From Chloroflexi bacterium bin125 (GTDB lineage Bacteria > Chloroflexota > Dehalococcoidia > Bin125), in contig MPNM01000003.1 in the NCBI GenBank assembly GCA_002239025.1, positions 142,047-206,046 on the forward strand: a stretch of 64,000 bases of DNA. The letters run 5' to 3'. The notes below the pieces were generated by a model. The model did not search any database, had not been told where the DNA came from, and was given only the letters and a program-made list of their open reading frames with translations. Of this stretch, positions 10,191-19,906 are shown in pieces. The first letter of the stretch is position 1. The number at the start of each line of letters is the position of its first letter. Both the position numbers and the translations under genes were made by a program.

Positions 10191-11213
10191 ATGCTGACCT
10201 ATTCAGTCGCCGGACGAACCTGGCACTTCAGCCACTCGATTGGCTACTTTGTCGGACCCCAGGGATTCACCTATCCGACGCCGATCGCGACCACTGCCAG
10301 CGGCACGATGTACATCGCGAATGTCGGCCTGGCGGAGTACTCGGGTGCGGGCAACCTGGGCTCGAAGATCTACAAGTATCGGATTGAGGATGAGTTCCTC
10401 GGCGAGATGGGCGGAGGCGACTTCCTGTGGCCCGAGGGCCTGGCGCTTGCTCGCGACGGCACCGTCTGGTGCGCCGACGCCTACCATCACCGCATTTTCG
10501 GCTACGACCCAGAAGGATCGCCGGTCGGTGACTGGGGTGAGTTCGGCGATGGCAACGGCCAGTTCAACCGACCCTCCGGGATCGCCTTCGATGCGGACGA
10601 CAACCTACACGTCGTTGACAGCCATAACCACCGGGTACAGAAATTCACCAAGGACGGTGAGTTCCTCGGCGCATGGGGCTCAGAGGGCTGTGAAGATGGA
10701 CAGCTCAATCAACCCTGGGGCATGACCATCGACAACGAGGGCGCACTCTTCATCGCCGACTGGGGTAACGACCGCGTGCAGAAGTTCACGCCCGAAGGCG
10801 AGTTCCTGGGCAACTTCGGCTCCAGATACGAGGACATCGGCATCGACGACGGCGGTAGTCTCAAGCGTCCCGCCGATGTAGCGGTCGACAGCGACGGAGA
10901 TGTCTACGTCTGCGACTGGGGCAACCGGCGGGTTCAGATTTACTACCCCGACGGCGACATCATCTGCAGTCTGCAGGGCGACGCGCACGAGTTCTCCAAG
11001 GCGGCGGCCAACGTCATGGAGGTCAACCCCGAATACGCGCAGGCCTTCAGGAGGGTCACTCCCGTCGAACTGATCAAGTTCGGCATCTTCGACCGTCCCC
11101 GAGGCATCGCAATCGACAGCGAGGACCGGATCGCGATCAGCGACGGCGGCCGAGGCCGGATTCAGGTCTACCACAAGGATCACAACTACCTGCTGCCACA
11201 GTTCAACGCGTAG
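10191..11213 (+). CDS. NHL-repeat beta-propeller protein
   Basis: Repeated NHL blades are present (HVVDSHNHRVQKF, IADWGNDRVQKF, VCDWGNRRVQIY). The start was taken at M8 of the track ORF, where GAGGAG sits 8 nt upstream. Confidence 0.75.
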   Translation: MLTYSVAGRTWHFSHSIGYFVGPQGFTYPTPIATTASGTMYIANVGLAEYSGAGNLGSKIYKYRIEDEFLGEMGGGDFLWPEGLALARDGTVWCADAYHHRIFGYDPEGSPVGDWGEFGDGNGQFNRPSGIAFDADDNLHVVDSHNHRVQKFTKDGEFLGAWGSEGCEDGQLNQPWGMTIDNEGALFIADWGNDRVQKFTPEGEFLGNFGSRYEDIGIDDGGSLKRPADVAVDSDGDVYVCDWGNRRVQIYYPDGDIICSLQGDAHEFSKAAANVMEVNPEYAQAFRRVTPVELIKFGIFDRPRGIAIDSEDRIAISDGGRGRIQVYHKDHNYLLPQFNA

Positions 11214-11362
11214 CCATCTCGAAGGATGGAACTCCGTCATACCCGCGCTCCGACGCGGGTATCTCGAAGAGTCCAGAACGCTCTTCGTGATTGCCGCGAC
11301 AAGCGCGGCAATCACGAGATCGTTGGTTTCAAACTCGATTGAAGCACCATGAAGAGTTCGAG

Positions 11363-12352
11363 ATGACTCTCCGGTTCGGCATCCTCGGAGCTGCCGCGAT
11401 CACGCCGCGCGCGCTGCTCAAACCCGTCGCTGAGTTCCCCGACGTCGAAATCGTCAGTATGGCCGCACGTGACCGCGACCGCGCCGAGACTTTCGCTGCC
11501 AGAGCCGGCATTCCCACTGTCCACGACACCTATGACGAAGTCGTCACGGACCCTGACGTGGACGCGATCTACAACCCGCTCGCCATCAGTGGGCACCGTG
11601 AATGGACGATTAAGGCACTCAACGCTGGCAAGCACGTGCTCTGCGAGAAGCCGTTCGCCATGAACGAGGCCGAAGCGCGAGAGATGGCAGACTGCGCTCG
11701 CGAGACCGGTCTCGTCTGCGCTGAGGCGTTTCACTACTACTACCACCCGCACTCGATGCGGATGCGCGAGATCGTCCGGAGCGGCATCCTGGGCACGATT
11801 TGCTACGCCGACGCCCATTTCCAGAACACGGTGGTCGACGTGCCCAGCCAGATTCGGTACCGGATCGAACTCGGCGGCGGGGCGACGATGGACCTCGGCT
11901 GCTACCCCCTGCACTTTCTCCGCCACGTGTTTGAGGCAGAGCCAGAGGTCGTCTCCGCGAAGGCGGCAACGGTCCATGAGCACATCGACCTCGAGTTGAA
12001 AGCCGAGCTGCTCTTTCCGGGGAACATCCCGGCCAAGATCTGGTCAAGGATGAACGCAGCAGGAGGCTTCTCTGCGGAGGTCAACGTCTACGGCGATCGG
12101 GGGAGGCTCAAAGTCGTCAATCCAATGGTGCCGCACCGCGAGGTGCACCGCATCGAACTCGTGACATCGTGGGGCACGCGCCGGGAAACGTTGACCAGGA
12201 CACCGACGTTCAACTACCAACTGCGCGCATTCATGGACGCGATCGCCGGTGTTCGCCCGATGCCAACCGACGCGGAAGACGGTGTGATCAGTATGCGTGT
12301 GATCGACAACGTCTACCGAGCCGCGGGAATGAAACCACGCGGAGAGATCTAG
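11363..12352 (+). CDS. Gfo/Idh/MocA family NAD(P)-dependent oxidoreductase
   Basis: Starting at M25 of the track ORF gives the family-typical N-terminus MTLRFGILGAAAITPRAL. The consensus EKP motif (CEKPFAM) follows. Confidence 0.8.
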   Translation: MTLRFGILGAAAITPRALLKPVAEFPDVEIVSMAARDRDRAETFAARAGIPTVHDTYDEVVTDPDVDAIYNPLAISGHREWTIKALNAGKHVLCEKPFAMNEAEAREMADCARETGLVCAEAFHYYYHPHSMRMREIVRSGILGTICYADAHFQNTVVDVPSQIRYRIELGGGATMDLGCYPLHFLRHVFEAEPEVVSAKAATVHEHIDLELKAELLFPGNIPAKIWSRMNAAGGFSAEVNVYGDRGRLKVVNPMVPHREVHRIELVTSWGTRRETLTRTPTFNYQLRAFMDAIAGVRPMPTDAEDGVISMRVIDNVYRAAGMKPRGEI

Positions 12353-12364
12353 ACTTCGGACGCT

Positions 12365-13180
12365 ATGACCGACCGCATTCGCGCCATCGATTCACTGATC
12401 AACTCCTCGTTCCTCGATCCCTCGGGCGACACTGCGTTGAGTTATCTGTTCAAGGACATCGAAGGCCGCGGCGCCATCGAGACTCCCGAACAACTCCTGG
12501 AAGTGCTTGACCAGTCCGACATCGGCGCCGGTGTCGTTTCGATCATGCAGCGAGAGCACGCCGAGTGGGTCGGCGATGCACACAAGCAGTTTCCCGACAA
12601 GATCCTGCCCGCGATGATCGTCAATCCGCTCAACGGGTACGACGAAATCCGCAAGGTGGTCGACTACTACGAACGCTACGGAGTCCGCTGCCTGCGCATC
12701 CCGCCGTTCCGCTACGAGTTGCCGCCAACCGACCGCGTCTACTGGCCCTTCTACGTCAAGGCAATGGAACTTGACATCGCGGTCTCGATGAACGCCGGCA
12801 TGCCTGGCCCGCGTCGACCGGGCTGGGTCCAGAACCCACTCCACTACGACGAGGTCGCATATCACTTCCCCGAGCTGCGCCTGATCATGACGCACTGCGG
12901 CCAACCGTGGATCGAAGAGACCATCTCAACGATCGCGCATTGGGATCACGTCTACATGTCATGCACGTCGGTGGCGCCAAAGTACTGGCCACTCAACTTC
13001 GTCCAGTTCATCAACACCCGAGGACGTCAGAGGATGATGTTCGGCACGGAGTACCCAACAATCCCCTGGCCCAGGGCAAGAGACGAGATCCAGGCGCTCC
13101 AACTTCGAGAAACAGTCGTAGACGACTTCTTCGTCGAAAACGCGCGCCGAGCCTATCGCTGGAACGCCGACCCAAGCTAA
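12365..13180 (+). CDS. Amidohydrolase-2 family (PF04909; ACMSD/LigJ/LigW-like TIM-barrel metal-dependent hydrolase or decarboxylase)
   Basis: The 271-aa TIM-barrel hydrolase pattern includes a C-terminal HxG...D metal-ligand arrangement (MTHCGQPW, FGTEYP). A paralog sits at 18882. Confidence 0.75.
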   Translation: MTDRIRAIDSLINSSFLDPSGDTALSYLFKDIEGRGAIETPEQLLEVLDQSDIGAGVVSIMQREHAEWVGDAHKQFPDKILPAMIVNPLNGYDEIRKVVDYYERYGVRCLRIPPFRYELPPTDRVYWPFYVKAMELDIAVSMNAGMPGPRRPGWVQNPLHYDEVAYHFPELRLIMTHCGQPWIEETISTIAHWDHVYMSCTSVAPKYWPLNFVQFINTRGRQRMMFGTEYPTIPWPRARDEIQALQLRETVVDDFFVENARRAYRWNADPS

Positions 13181-13215
13181 ATCGGCTTGATGCCACGGAC
13201 GCTGCGCCATCCTTT

Positions 13216-13267
13216 GCTCCCCCTCGCACGGGGAGCTGCCGAAGGCTGAGGGGGTCCCTGCAGGGTC
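13216..13267. repeat. Family-1 variant repeat (gctccccctcgcacggggagctgccgaaggctgagggggtccctgcagggtc)
   Basis: A GCTGCCGAAGGCTGAGGGGG tail variant. It lies between the amidohydrolase and NIPSNAP genes. Confidence 0.75.
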
Positions 13268-13341
13268 GATTAGGAAGCGAGATTGCCGCGACGGAGCGCG
13301 GCAATGACGCATTTGCCGACTTCTGATGTCGCGGAACGCGA

Positions 13342-14013
13342 TCAGTCGGGCCAATGCGCGTTCATCAACTGGACCCATGTGTGTCGAGTCAACGAGTGCC
13401 GCTCACGCACGCTCTCCTGGAACAGCTTGAGTAACTCCTCGGACACTCCGGAGCCCGGGTCTTGCGGCGTCCGCGTCGCGTGCCAGTTGCCTACGCTGTG
13501 ATAGCCGGCCAGGTTGGTCACTTCCGTGTCGTCGCTCAGCACAGCGTCTTGGAAATTGCCAAGCACCCGATGTCCCATCGCATCCATCGCCGGCCAGACG
13601 CCGAACTCGGTCAGGTAGGAGAACCGCTCCCAGGTGGCCGGATCGATCGTCCAGCGACGCAGGCCATAGACCGCCCGACGGTCGGAGTCGGGAGTCTCCG
13701 CCAGCGGGCGCCCTCCGTAGGGAATCTTCGGCCGCGCCGTCTCATTCACAATCAACGCTCGGCGAGCGTTGCGATAGGCGTCGTCGCCCAGCCCGACCAG
13801 GATTTCCTGTCCACGTCGCCACTCGTCCCATGACGGCACCCCGATAAACGTGTGGACTTCCTCAGGTGTTCCGCCAATCAGCGCATTGAGCAGGCACAGA
13901 GGCCGGAATCCGGCGTCCACCAGACGAGGCCAGGTCTCTCCGAGGAACAGTGCGCGGTACTCGGGAAACCGTTTCGGCTCAATCATCGTGACGCGGTGCT
14001 CGTAGAGATCCAT
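13342..14013 (-). CDS. NIPSNAP-family protein (two dimeric alpha/beta-barrel repeats)
   Basis: Two internally similar halves of about 100 aa are visible (YEHRVTMIEPKRFPEY... and VYGLRRWTIDPATWERFSYLTEFGVWP...), as in tandem NIPSNAP domains. Confidence 0.55.
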   Translation of the reverse strand: MDLYEHRVTMIEPKRFPEYRALFLGETWPRLVDAGFRPLCLLNALIGGTPEEVHTFIGVPSWDEWRRGQEILVGLGDDAYRNARRALIVNETARPKIPYGGRPLAETPDSDRRAVYGLRRWTIDPATWERFSYLTEFGVWPAMDAMGHRVLGNFQDAVLSDDTEVTNLAGYHSVGNWHATRTPQDPGSGVSEELLKLFQESVRERHSLTRHTWVQLMNAHWPD

Positions 14014-14187
14014 GGTTCGACCTTGACAATCTGTGGCATCTATTGGCCCGCAGACTAACTGTGTCTCAAGCTGACTGTTCAGGAAGGGTAATTCGGTTAG
14101 TATGGGCTAACTACCTGATTGCGATTCGGGGCATGGTCGTGCGCCCGGTCGCAACAATTCATCGCAGAGAGAGCGAGATAAGACAGC

Positions 14188-16050
14188 ATGGCAAGAGACT
14201 ATTGGTCACGGATGAAGCGAGAACGACTGAGTCGTAGATCGCTGCTCAAGGCGAGTGCGCGAGCAGGCGTCGGCGCAGCCGGGTTGGCGCTTGTCGGTTG
14301 TGGCGACGATGACGACGATGCGCAGCAGTCGGCGGCGCAGACCCAGCAAGATCAGCAGGCCGAACAACAGGCCATGCAGCAACAGCAGCAGGAACAGTCC
14401 GTTGCGGAGGCCCAGGCCGAGCAACAGGCGCAACAGCAGGCCGCTGCTCAGCAGCAGGCACAGCAGCAAGCCCAGCAACAGGCAGTTGCAGCGGCAGGCG
14501 GCGTCTGGAAGCGTGGCAACACCTCGACGCCGAACTTCATTCGCATCCCGCTGAACACGGCAGGCAACAACACGCCGATCAATCAGAACGGTGGACTGTT
14601 CAACCGCCTGACCCGATGGAGCGGTCCGGTGGGTCTCGACCCCGACGTGGCAAATATGCAGCGCATGGTCGATCCCAACTTCGATCCCTCACCGGACATG
14701 GCAACGGGCTGGGAAACACCAGACGCGACGACCTATATCTTCACCGTCCGCGAAGGCGTCTCCTGGCACTCGGGTCGAGCGTTCTCGGCTGAGGATGTGG
14801 CCTTCACCTACAACGAAATCAAGAACCCCGATTCCGGCGGCGGCGGCTCTCCGTTGCACCTGATGTCCAAGAACATCGACACCGCGACGGCCACTGATCC
14901 CACCACCGCGCGAATCGACCTCACCCAGCCGACCGGCTACTTCTACACGCTGACCTCCTCCACCAACATCACCGACATGGAGACCCTCGACCAGGTTGAG
15001 GACGGTGTGTTGATCGGTACGGGACCTTACAGCTTCGAGAACTACGACCCCAACCGTGGTTACGACCTGGTCAAGGTCCCCGACCACTGGAGTGGCGGCG
15101 GCATCGTCGACAAGATCGAGTACACGATCTTCGCGGATGCCCTGGCCATGGGCGCGGCGCTTGAGACTGGCGACATCCACTCGCACTACGGCGTGCCGAT
15201 CCGAAACCCAGAGGCAGAACAACGGCTCATGGCGTCGGACGAGCACTTCGGCACGATCGGCATTGGCGTCGGCGGCCAGACACTGCGCTTCCGCGTAGAC
15301 TCCCCGCCGTTCACCGACAAGCGTGCCCGACAGGGTGTGTTCCTGCTTGTCGACGGTGTGCGGATCACCGAAGAGTTCGGCGGCAGCTTCGATGTCGCCG
15401 GGCGACTGCCCTGGCAGCCCGGTTCACCGGCCTACAACGCCGAACTGGACAAGCCCATCTTCGACCCGCAGAAGGCCGGAGAGCTGCTCGATGCCGCTGG
15501 CCTGGTCAACAACGACACCGTGCTCAAGGCCGATGTCCTCCCCGAGCGACCCTACGCACCGGCGACCGCCCAGCTGATTCAGCAAGAGCTGGCGCAGTTC
15601 GGCATCGAGATGGAATTGACCAACCGCGAGTACACCGAGATGATCACCCTGCAGACGACCGGATCCTTCGATCACATGATCATCGGCTTCGGCAACTGGG
15701 TGAAGCCTGGTGACCCCGCAGTCACCGTGCTGTTCGCCGACGCCTACGACGGCCGCATGAACGCCGCCGTTCCGAACCAGACCAACGACCCGAACAACGA
15801 AGGCTACGTGCCTCTGCGCGAGCGCGAAGGTGTCCGCGACGAACTCGAGTGGTTGGACATGCTCGAGGCCGCTAAGAACGGAACGTTCATTGACGAGTAC
15901 GGCTCCTGGGATGTCTGGAACGAGAAGTACCTCGACCTCGCCTGGTCGAACCACCTCTTCCGCTCCTACTCGGGCGCCTGGAGTACGACCAACGTCGGCA
16001 TCAACTTCGACTCCGAGGGTTGGCCGTACGTTGATCAGGTGACCGTCTAG
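14188..16050 (+). CDS. ABC transporter substrate-binding lipoprotein, family 5 (peptide/nickel/opine type)
   Basis: A Tat-like RRSLLKASARAGVGAAGLALVGCGDDDDD signal with a lipobox Cys is followed by a low-complexity Gln/Ala linker of about 60 aa and then an SBP_bac_5-like body. Two permease genes lie immediately downstream. Confidence 0.85.
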   Translation: MARDYWSRMKRERLSRRSLLKASARAGVGAAGLALVGCGDDDDDAQQSAAQTQQDQQAEQQAMQQQQQEQSVAEAQAEQQAQQQAAAQQQAQQQAQQQAVAAAGGVWKRGNTSTPNFIRIPLNTAGNNTPINQNGGLFNRLTRWSGPVGLDPDVANMQRMVDPNFDPSPDMATGWETPDATTYIFTVREGVSWHSGRAFSAEDVAFTYNEIKNPDSGGGGSPLHLMSKNIDTATATDPTTARIDLTQPTGYFYTLTSSTNITDMETLDQVEDGVLIGTGPYSFENYDPNRGYDLVKVPDHWSGGGIVDKIEYTIFADALAMGAALETGDIHSHYGVPIRNPEAEQRLMASDEHFGTIGIGVGGQTLRFRVDSPPFTDKRARQGVFLLVDGVRITEEFGGSFDVAGRLPWQPGSPAYNAELDKPIFDPQKAGELLDAAGLVNNDTVLKADVLPERPYAPATAQLIQQELAQFGIEMELTNREYTEMITLQTTGSFDHMIIGFGNWVKPGDPAVTVLFADAYDGRMNAAVPNQTNDPNNEGYVPLREREGVRDELEWLDMLEAAKNGTFIDEYGSWDVWNEKYLDLAWSNHLFRSYSGAWSTTNVGINFDSEGWPYVDQVTV

Positions 16051-16081
16051 TCAACGACGGATACGAACACGTCTCCTCTTG

Positions 16082-16120
16082 CCCCTTCGCCGCGCTCCTT
16101 CCGGGAGTGCGGCGAAGGGC
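16082..16120 (+). terminator. GC-rich hairpin between the SBP and first permease gene of the peptide-type ABC operon (possible partial terminator or attenuator)
   Basis: CCCCTTCGCCGCGCTC-cttccggg-AGTGCGGCGAAGGG. No U-tract follows. Such hairpins commonly tune SBP:permease stoichiometry. Confidence 0.35.
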
Positions 16121-16141
16121 GCTTAGCTTGCCTGCGATCAC

Positions 16142-17101
16142 ATGAGCTACGTCCTCACACGACTCGTTACGCAGCTGATTCCGACCCTCTTCATAGCTTC
16201 GCTGTTGATTTTCGGCGCCGTCCGGCTGATCCCGGGTGACCCCGCTGTCGCCGCCTGCGGGGAGAACTCGGTCGGAACCGACTGCGCGGAGAATCTCCGC
16301 GCCAAGTGGGGCCTCGACAAGCCGTTCTTCGAGCAGTACGGCGACTGGGTGACCGGGATTTTCGAGGGCGACTTCGGCATCTCCAACAAGGGCATCGAAG
16401 TCTGGGAGGTCGTTGCTTCGGCTTTCCCCGCATCGCTGGAACTCACGGTCTTCGCCACGATTGTCGGATTCGGACTGGGCCTCATCTTCGGAGTCTTGGC
16501 TGCGATCAACCGAGGAGGTTTCTGGGATTATTTCGCGGGAGCCTGGGCCGGCTGGAACATTGGTGTGCCCTCGTTCATCGCCGGATTCTTCTATCTGATC
16601 ATCTTCGCCGTCGCGCTGGACGTCTTGCCGTCATTCGGACGCACGCCAATCACCGAAGACTTCGGCGACGCACTGCTGCACTTGCTCATGCCCGGCTTCG
16701 CGCTCGGCGGCATCGTCGCGGCGCAGATTCTCCGATTCACACGTCAATCAATGCTCGACACCCTGACCGAGGATTACATCCGCACCGCGCAGGCCAAGGG
16801 CCTGCGCCGACCAATCGTCATCCTGCGACACGCGCTTAAGCCGTCGCTGATTCCGGTAGTCACCATTATGGCGTTCAACTTCGCCGAGATCCTCGGTGGC
16901 ACGCTGATCATCGAGTCCGTCTTTACCTGGCCTGGAATGGGTCGTGCGCTGGCGGTCGCCGTGCGCGACCGGGACTACGCGATCATCCAAATCATCACGA
17001 TGCTGATCGTGACCATCTTCATGTTCGTTTACCTGATGATCGACGTGCTTTACGTCGCCCTCGATCCGAGAATCCGCGTCGGCGGCAGGGCGTCGGACTA
17101 A
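16142..17101 (+). CDS. ABC transporter permease (DppB/OppB-like)
   Basis: Six transmembrane segments and an EAA-like loop are present. It follows the SBP gene. Confidence 0.85.
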   Translation: MSYVLTRLVTQLIPTLFIASLLIFGAVRLIPGDPAVAACGENSVGTDCAENLRAKWGLDKPFFEQYGDWVTGIFEGDFGISNKGIEVWEVVASAFPASLELTVFATIVGFGLGLIFGVLAAINRGGFWDYFAGAWAGWNIGVPSFIAGFFYLIIFAVALDVLPSFGRTPITEDFGDALLHLLMPGFALGGIVAAQILRFTRQSMLDTLTEDYIRTAQAKGLRRPIVILRHALKPSLIPVVTIMAFNFAEILGGTLIIESVFTWPGMGRALAVAVRDRDYAIIQIITMLIVTIFMFVYLMIDVLYVALDPRIRVGGRASD

Positions 17102-17110
17102 GGATCGGCT

Positions 17111-18010
17111 ATGGCAGCACAGGTCGATCCAGTTCGTCTCGACGATGTAGAGCGTCGCAATCCGCTCAAGCCCGTCTTCGACGAGCTTCGAGGCATCGCG
17201 CGTGAACCGCGCGGTGCGATCGCGCTGGTGCTGCTCTTCGCAGTGTTCTTTTTCTCATTCGTTCTCCCGATCCTCGATCCCACCGACCCCAACTGGTCCG
17301 AACGTGGCTCAAAGCTGCTCAGCCTTTCCTGGGACCACCCGCTAGGCACCGACCACCTGTCACGAGACCTTCTGGCTCGTGTCTCAGTCAGCTCGCGCCG
17401 CACCATCCTGACTGGTTTCAGTGCCGTGCTGATCGGCATGAGCATGGGTATCACCATCGGCTACATCGCAGGCTGGACCGGCCGCGTCACCGACACCCTG
17501 ATCATGCGCGCACTTGATGTCCTTATGGCCTTCCCCGGCCTCGTGTTGGCGATCGTCGTCACCACGATTCTCGGAACCGGACTGTTCTCACTCGCCGTCG
17601 CGATCACCATCTTCAACATTCCGGTCACCGCCCGGCTCGCCCGCGCCGGCGTGTTGCGTGAGCGCGAACGCGACTATGCCCTGGCAGCCCGCACGCTCGG
17701 AGCATCCGGTCGACGCGTGCTCTTCCGTCACGTCGCGGTCAACACGTTCGGCGCGTTCGCCGTTCAGATGCCCATTTCATTCGTGGCATCTGTGCTGGCG
17801 ATGGCGGCCCTCAACTTCCTCGGCGTCGGTATTCAGTTGCCCAACGCGACGCTGGGCACGATGTTGGCCGAGGGTCAGCAGTACATGCAGACGGCTCCGC
17901 ACTTCGTGATCGTGACCACAGTCGTGTTGGCCGTCCTGATGGTTGGACTCAACTTCCTCTCCGATGTCCTCTCCGAGCGACTCGACCCCGTCCGGCGACG
18001 GCGTGTGTAG
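17111..18010 (+). CDS. ABC transporter permease (DppC/OppC-like)
   Basis: The transmembrane pattern includes the BPD_transp_1 motif region. The RBS AAGGATCGG precedes the ATG. Confidence 0.85.
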   Translation: MAAQVDPVRLDDVERRNPLKPVFDELRGIAREPRGAIALVLLFAVFFFSFVLPILDPTDPNWSERGSKLLSLSWDHPLGTDHLSRDLLARVSVSSRRTILTGFSAVLIGMSMGITIGYIAGWTGRVTDTLIMRALDVLMAFPGLVLAIVVTTILGTGLFSLAVAITIFNIPVTARLARAGVLRERERDYALAARTLGASGRRVLFRHVAVNTFGAFAVQMPISFVASVLAMAALNFLGVGIQLPNATLGTMLAEGQQYMQTAPHFVIVTTVVLAVLMVGLNFLSDVLSERLDPVRRRRV

Positions 18011-18068
18011 CTCGCGTCTAACCTAGCCTCCAAATCAACTGACGCATCTCAACCAAGGAGACCTACCT

Positions 18069-18872
18069 ATGGCCGTGCTTGCCAACACGTTTCGCGAGAA
18101 GCTCGACGCCGGCAAACCGACGATCGGCACCCATTTCCTCTTCAACGACCCTGACATCGCCGAACTGATTGGCGACACCGGGCAATTCGACTACGGCGAG
18201 TATGTGGCCGAGTACTCGACCTTCGACATGAAGACGCTCTACCACCTCGCGCGGGCGGCTCAGTGCGGCAATCTGCCGCTGATGATCAAGCTCGACCAGG
18301 CCAACCAGACCTTCTGGGCACAGGCCGCGCTTGGGGCGGGCTTCAAGTCGGTCCTCTACACCGACATCCGCACGCCCGACGATGTCGACGCAGCACTCCA
18401 GTCCATCCGCCCCGATAAGCCGGGCACGCTGGGCGAGATGGGCGGACACATGGGCGTCAAGACGCGACGACCGGCGCTGGCCGGCTACGCCGCTGGAAAC
18501 TATGGCGCAGACCTCGACGGCATCGTCACTGTGATCATGATCGAAAAGCGCGTCGCTCTGAACGACATCGAGGCGATCCTCGAACGCGCTGCCGAACTCG
18601 GCGTCGACATGACCCAGTGGGGTCCGAGCGACTACGGCTTCTCCTTCGACGAGCGACCGAGTCCGGACGAGATTCGCGCCGCCGAAGAGAAGACGATCGC
18701 CAAGTCGCTCGAGTACGGCGTCGCCCCACGCATCGAGATCGGCGCGGTTGAGCAAGCCCAGCGCTACCTCGACCTCGGCGTTAAGCACTTCTGCATTGGC
18801 TGGGACCGCTTCCTGCTCAACCAGGGCTACACCGAGCTCGGCCGTGGCCTGCGCGAACTGATGGGTGAATAG
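18069..18872 (+). CDS. HpcH/HpaI-family aldolase (second paralog)
   Basis: The RBS AAGGAGACC precedes the start. The product is homologous to the 6198..7052 aldolase and to 2-keto-3-deoxy-sugar-acid aldolases. Confidence 0.8.
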   Translation: MAVLANTFREKLDAGKPTIGTHFLFNDPDIAELIGDTGQFDYGEYVAEYSTFDMKTLYHLARAAQCGNLPLMIKLDQANQTFWAQAALGAGFKSVLYTDIRTPDDVDAALQSIRPDKPGTLGEMGGHMGVKTRRPALAGYAAGNYGADLDGIVTVIMIEKRVALNDIEAILERAAELGVDMTQWGPSDYGFSFDERPSPDEIRAAEEKTIAKSLEYGVAPRIEIGAVEQAQRYLDLGVKHFCIGWDRFLLNQGYTELGRGLRELMGE

Positions 18873-18881
18873 GAGTCCAAC

Positions 18882-19895
18882 ATGGTCACCAACAACTTCG
18901 ACTGGCTCGCAACCAACCAGGAGCCCGCATTCGACCCCGACCAGAAAATTATCGACCCGCATCATCACCTCTGGGATGTGCGACCCCATGGTCCCAGTTT
19001 GCGCTATTTTCTCGACGAGTTGCTCGAGGACACTGCCGACCTCAACGTTCGCCAGACGGTATTCATCGAATGCGGCGCGATGTACAACGCCGATGCCACA
19101 GAGGCGATGGCGCCGGTCGGTGAGACCGAGTTCGTGGCCGGCGTCTCGGCGCAGAGCGCCAGCGGACTCTATGGCGAGATCCGAGCCTGCGCCGGTATCG
19201 TTTCGCATGCCGACTTGCTGCTCGGCGCGGCCGTCGGTGAAGTGCTCGACGCGCACATGGAGATGAGCTCCCGCTTCCGAGGCATCCGCCATCACGCAAG
19301 CTGGGATCCGTCGCCCGACGTGCCCAACTCGCGGATCGTGGATCAGCCGCACATCTACCTGAATGACGCCTATCGCGAAGGGTTCGCCGAACTCGGCAAG
19401 CGAGGGCTCAGCTTCGAGGCCTGGCTCTACCATCCCCAGATTCCCGAGCTGACCGACCTCGCCCGCGCCTTCCCCGAGACCACGATCATCCTCAATCACC
19501 TGGGCGGACCGCTTGGCATCGGTCCGTATGCGGGCCGCCACGACGAAGTCTTCGCCGAATGGCGAGACACCATCAGCGAACTCGCCACCTGCGAGAACGT
19601 CGTCGCCAAGGTCGGCGGCATCCAGATGGTGATTAACGGCTTCGGCTGGCACCAGCAGGAGCGAGCGCCATCTTCCGACGAACTGCTGGAAGCCAACCGT
19701 CGCTGGTACGAACACACGATTCAGTCCTTCGGTCCCGACCGCTGCATGTTCGAAAGCAACTTCCCCGTCGACAAGGTCTGCTGCAGCTACACGAACATGT
19801 ACAACCAGTTCTTCAAGCTGGTCGCCGACTATCCCCAGGACGAAAAGGATCAAATGTTCCACGACACCGCACAGCGGGTGTATCGGCTCGATTAG
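18882..19895 (+). CDS. Amidohydrolase-2 family metal-dependent hydrolase (second paralog)
   Basis: The RBS AGGAGT precedes the start. The N-terminal HHHLWD metal-ligand motif is typical of PF04909 enzymes. Confidence 0.8.
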   Translation: MVTNNFDWLATNQEPAFDPDQKIIDPHHHLWDVRPHGPSLRYFLDELLEDTADLNVRQTVFIECGAMYNADATEAMAPVGETEFVAGVSAQSASGLYGEIRACAGIVSHADLLLGAAVGEVLDAHMEMSSRFRGIRHHASWDPSPDVPNSRIVDQPHIYLNDAYREGFAELGKRGLSFEAWLYHPQIPELTDLARAFPETTIILNHLGGPLGIGPYAGRHDEVFAEWRDTISELATCENVVAKVGGIQMVINGFGWHQQERAPSSDELLEANRRWYEHTIQSFGPDRCMFESNFPVDKVCCSYTNMYNQFFKLVADYPQDEKDQMFHDTAQRVYRLD

Positions 19896-19906
19896 GTCCA
19901 ACCGAC

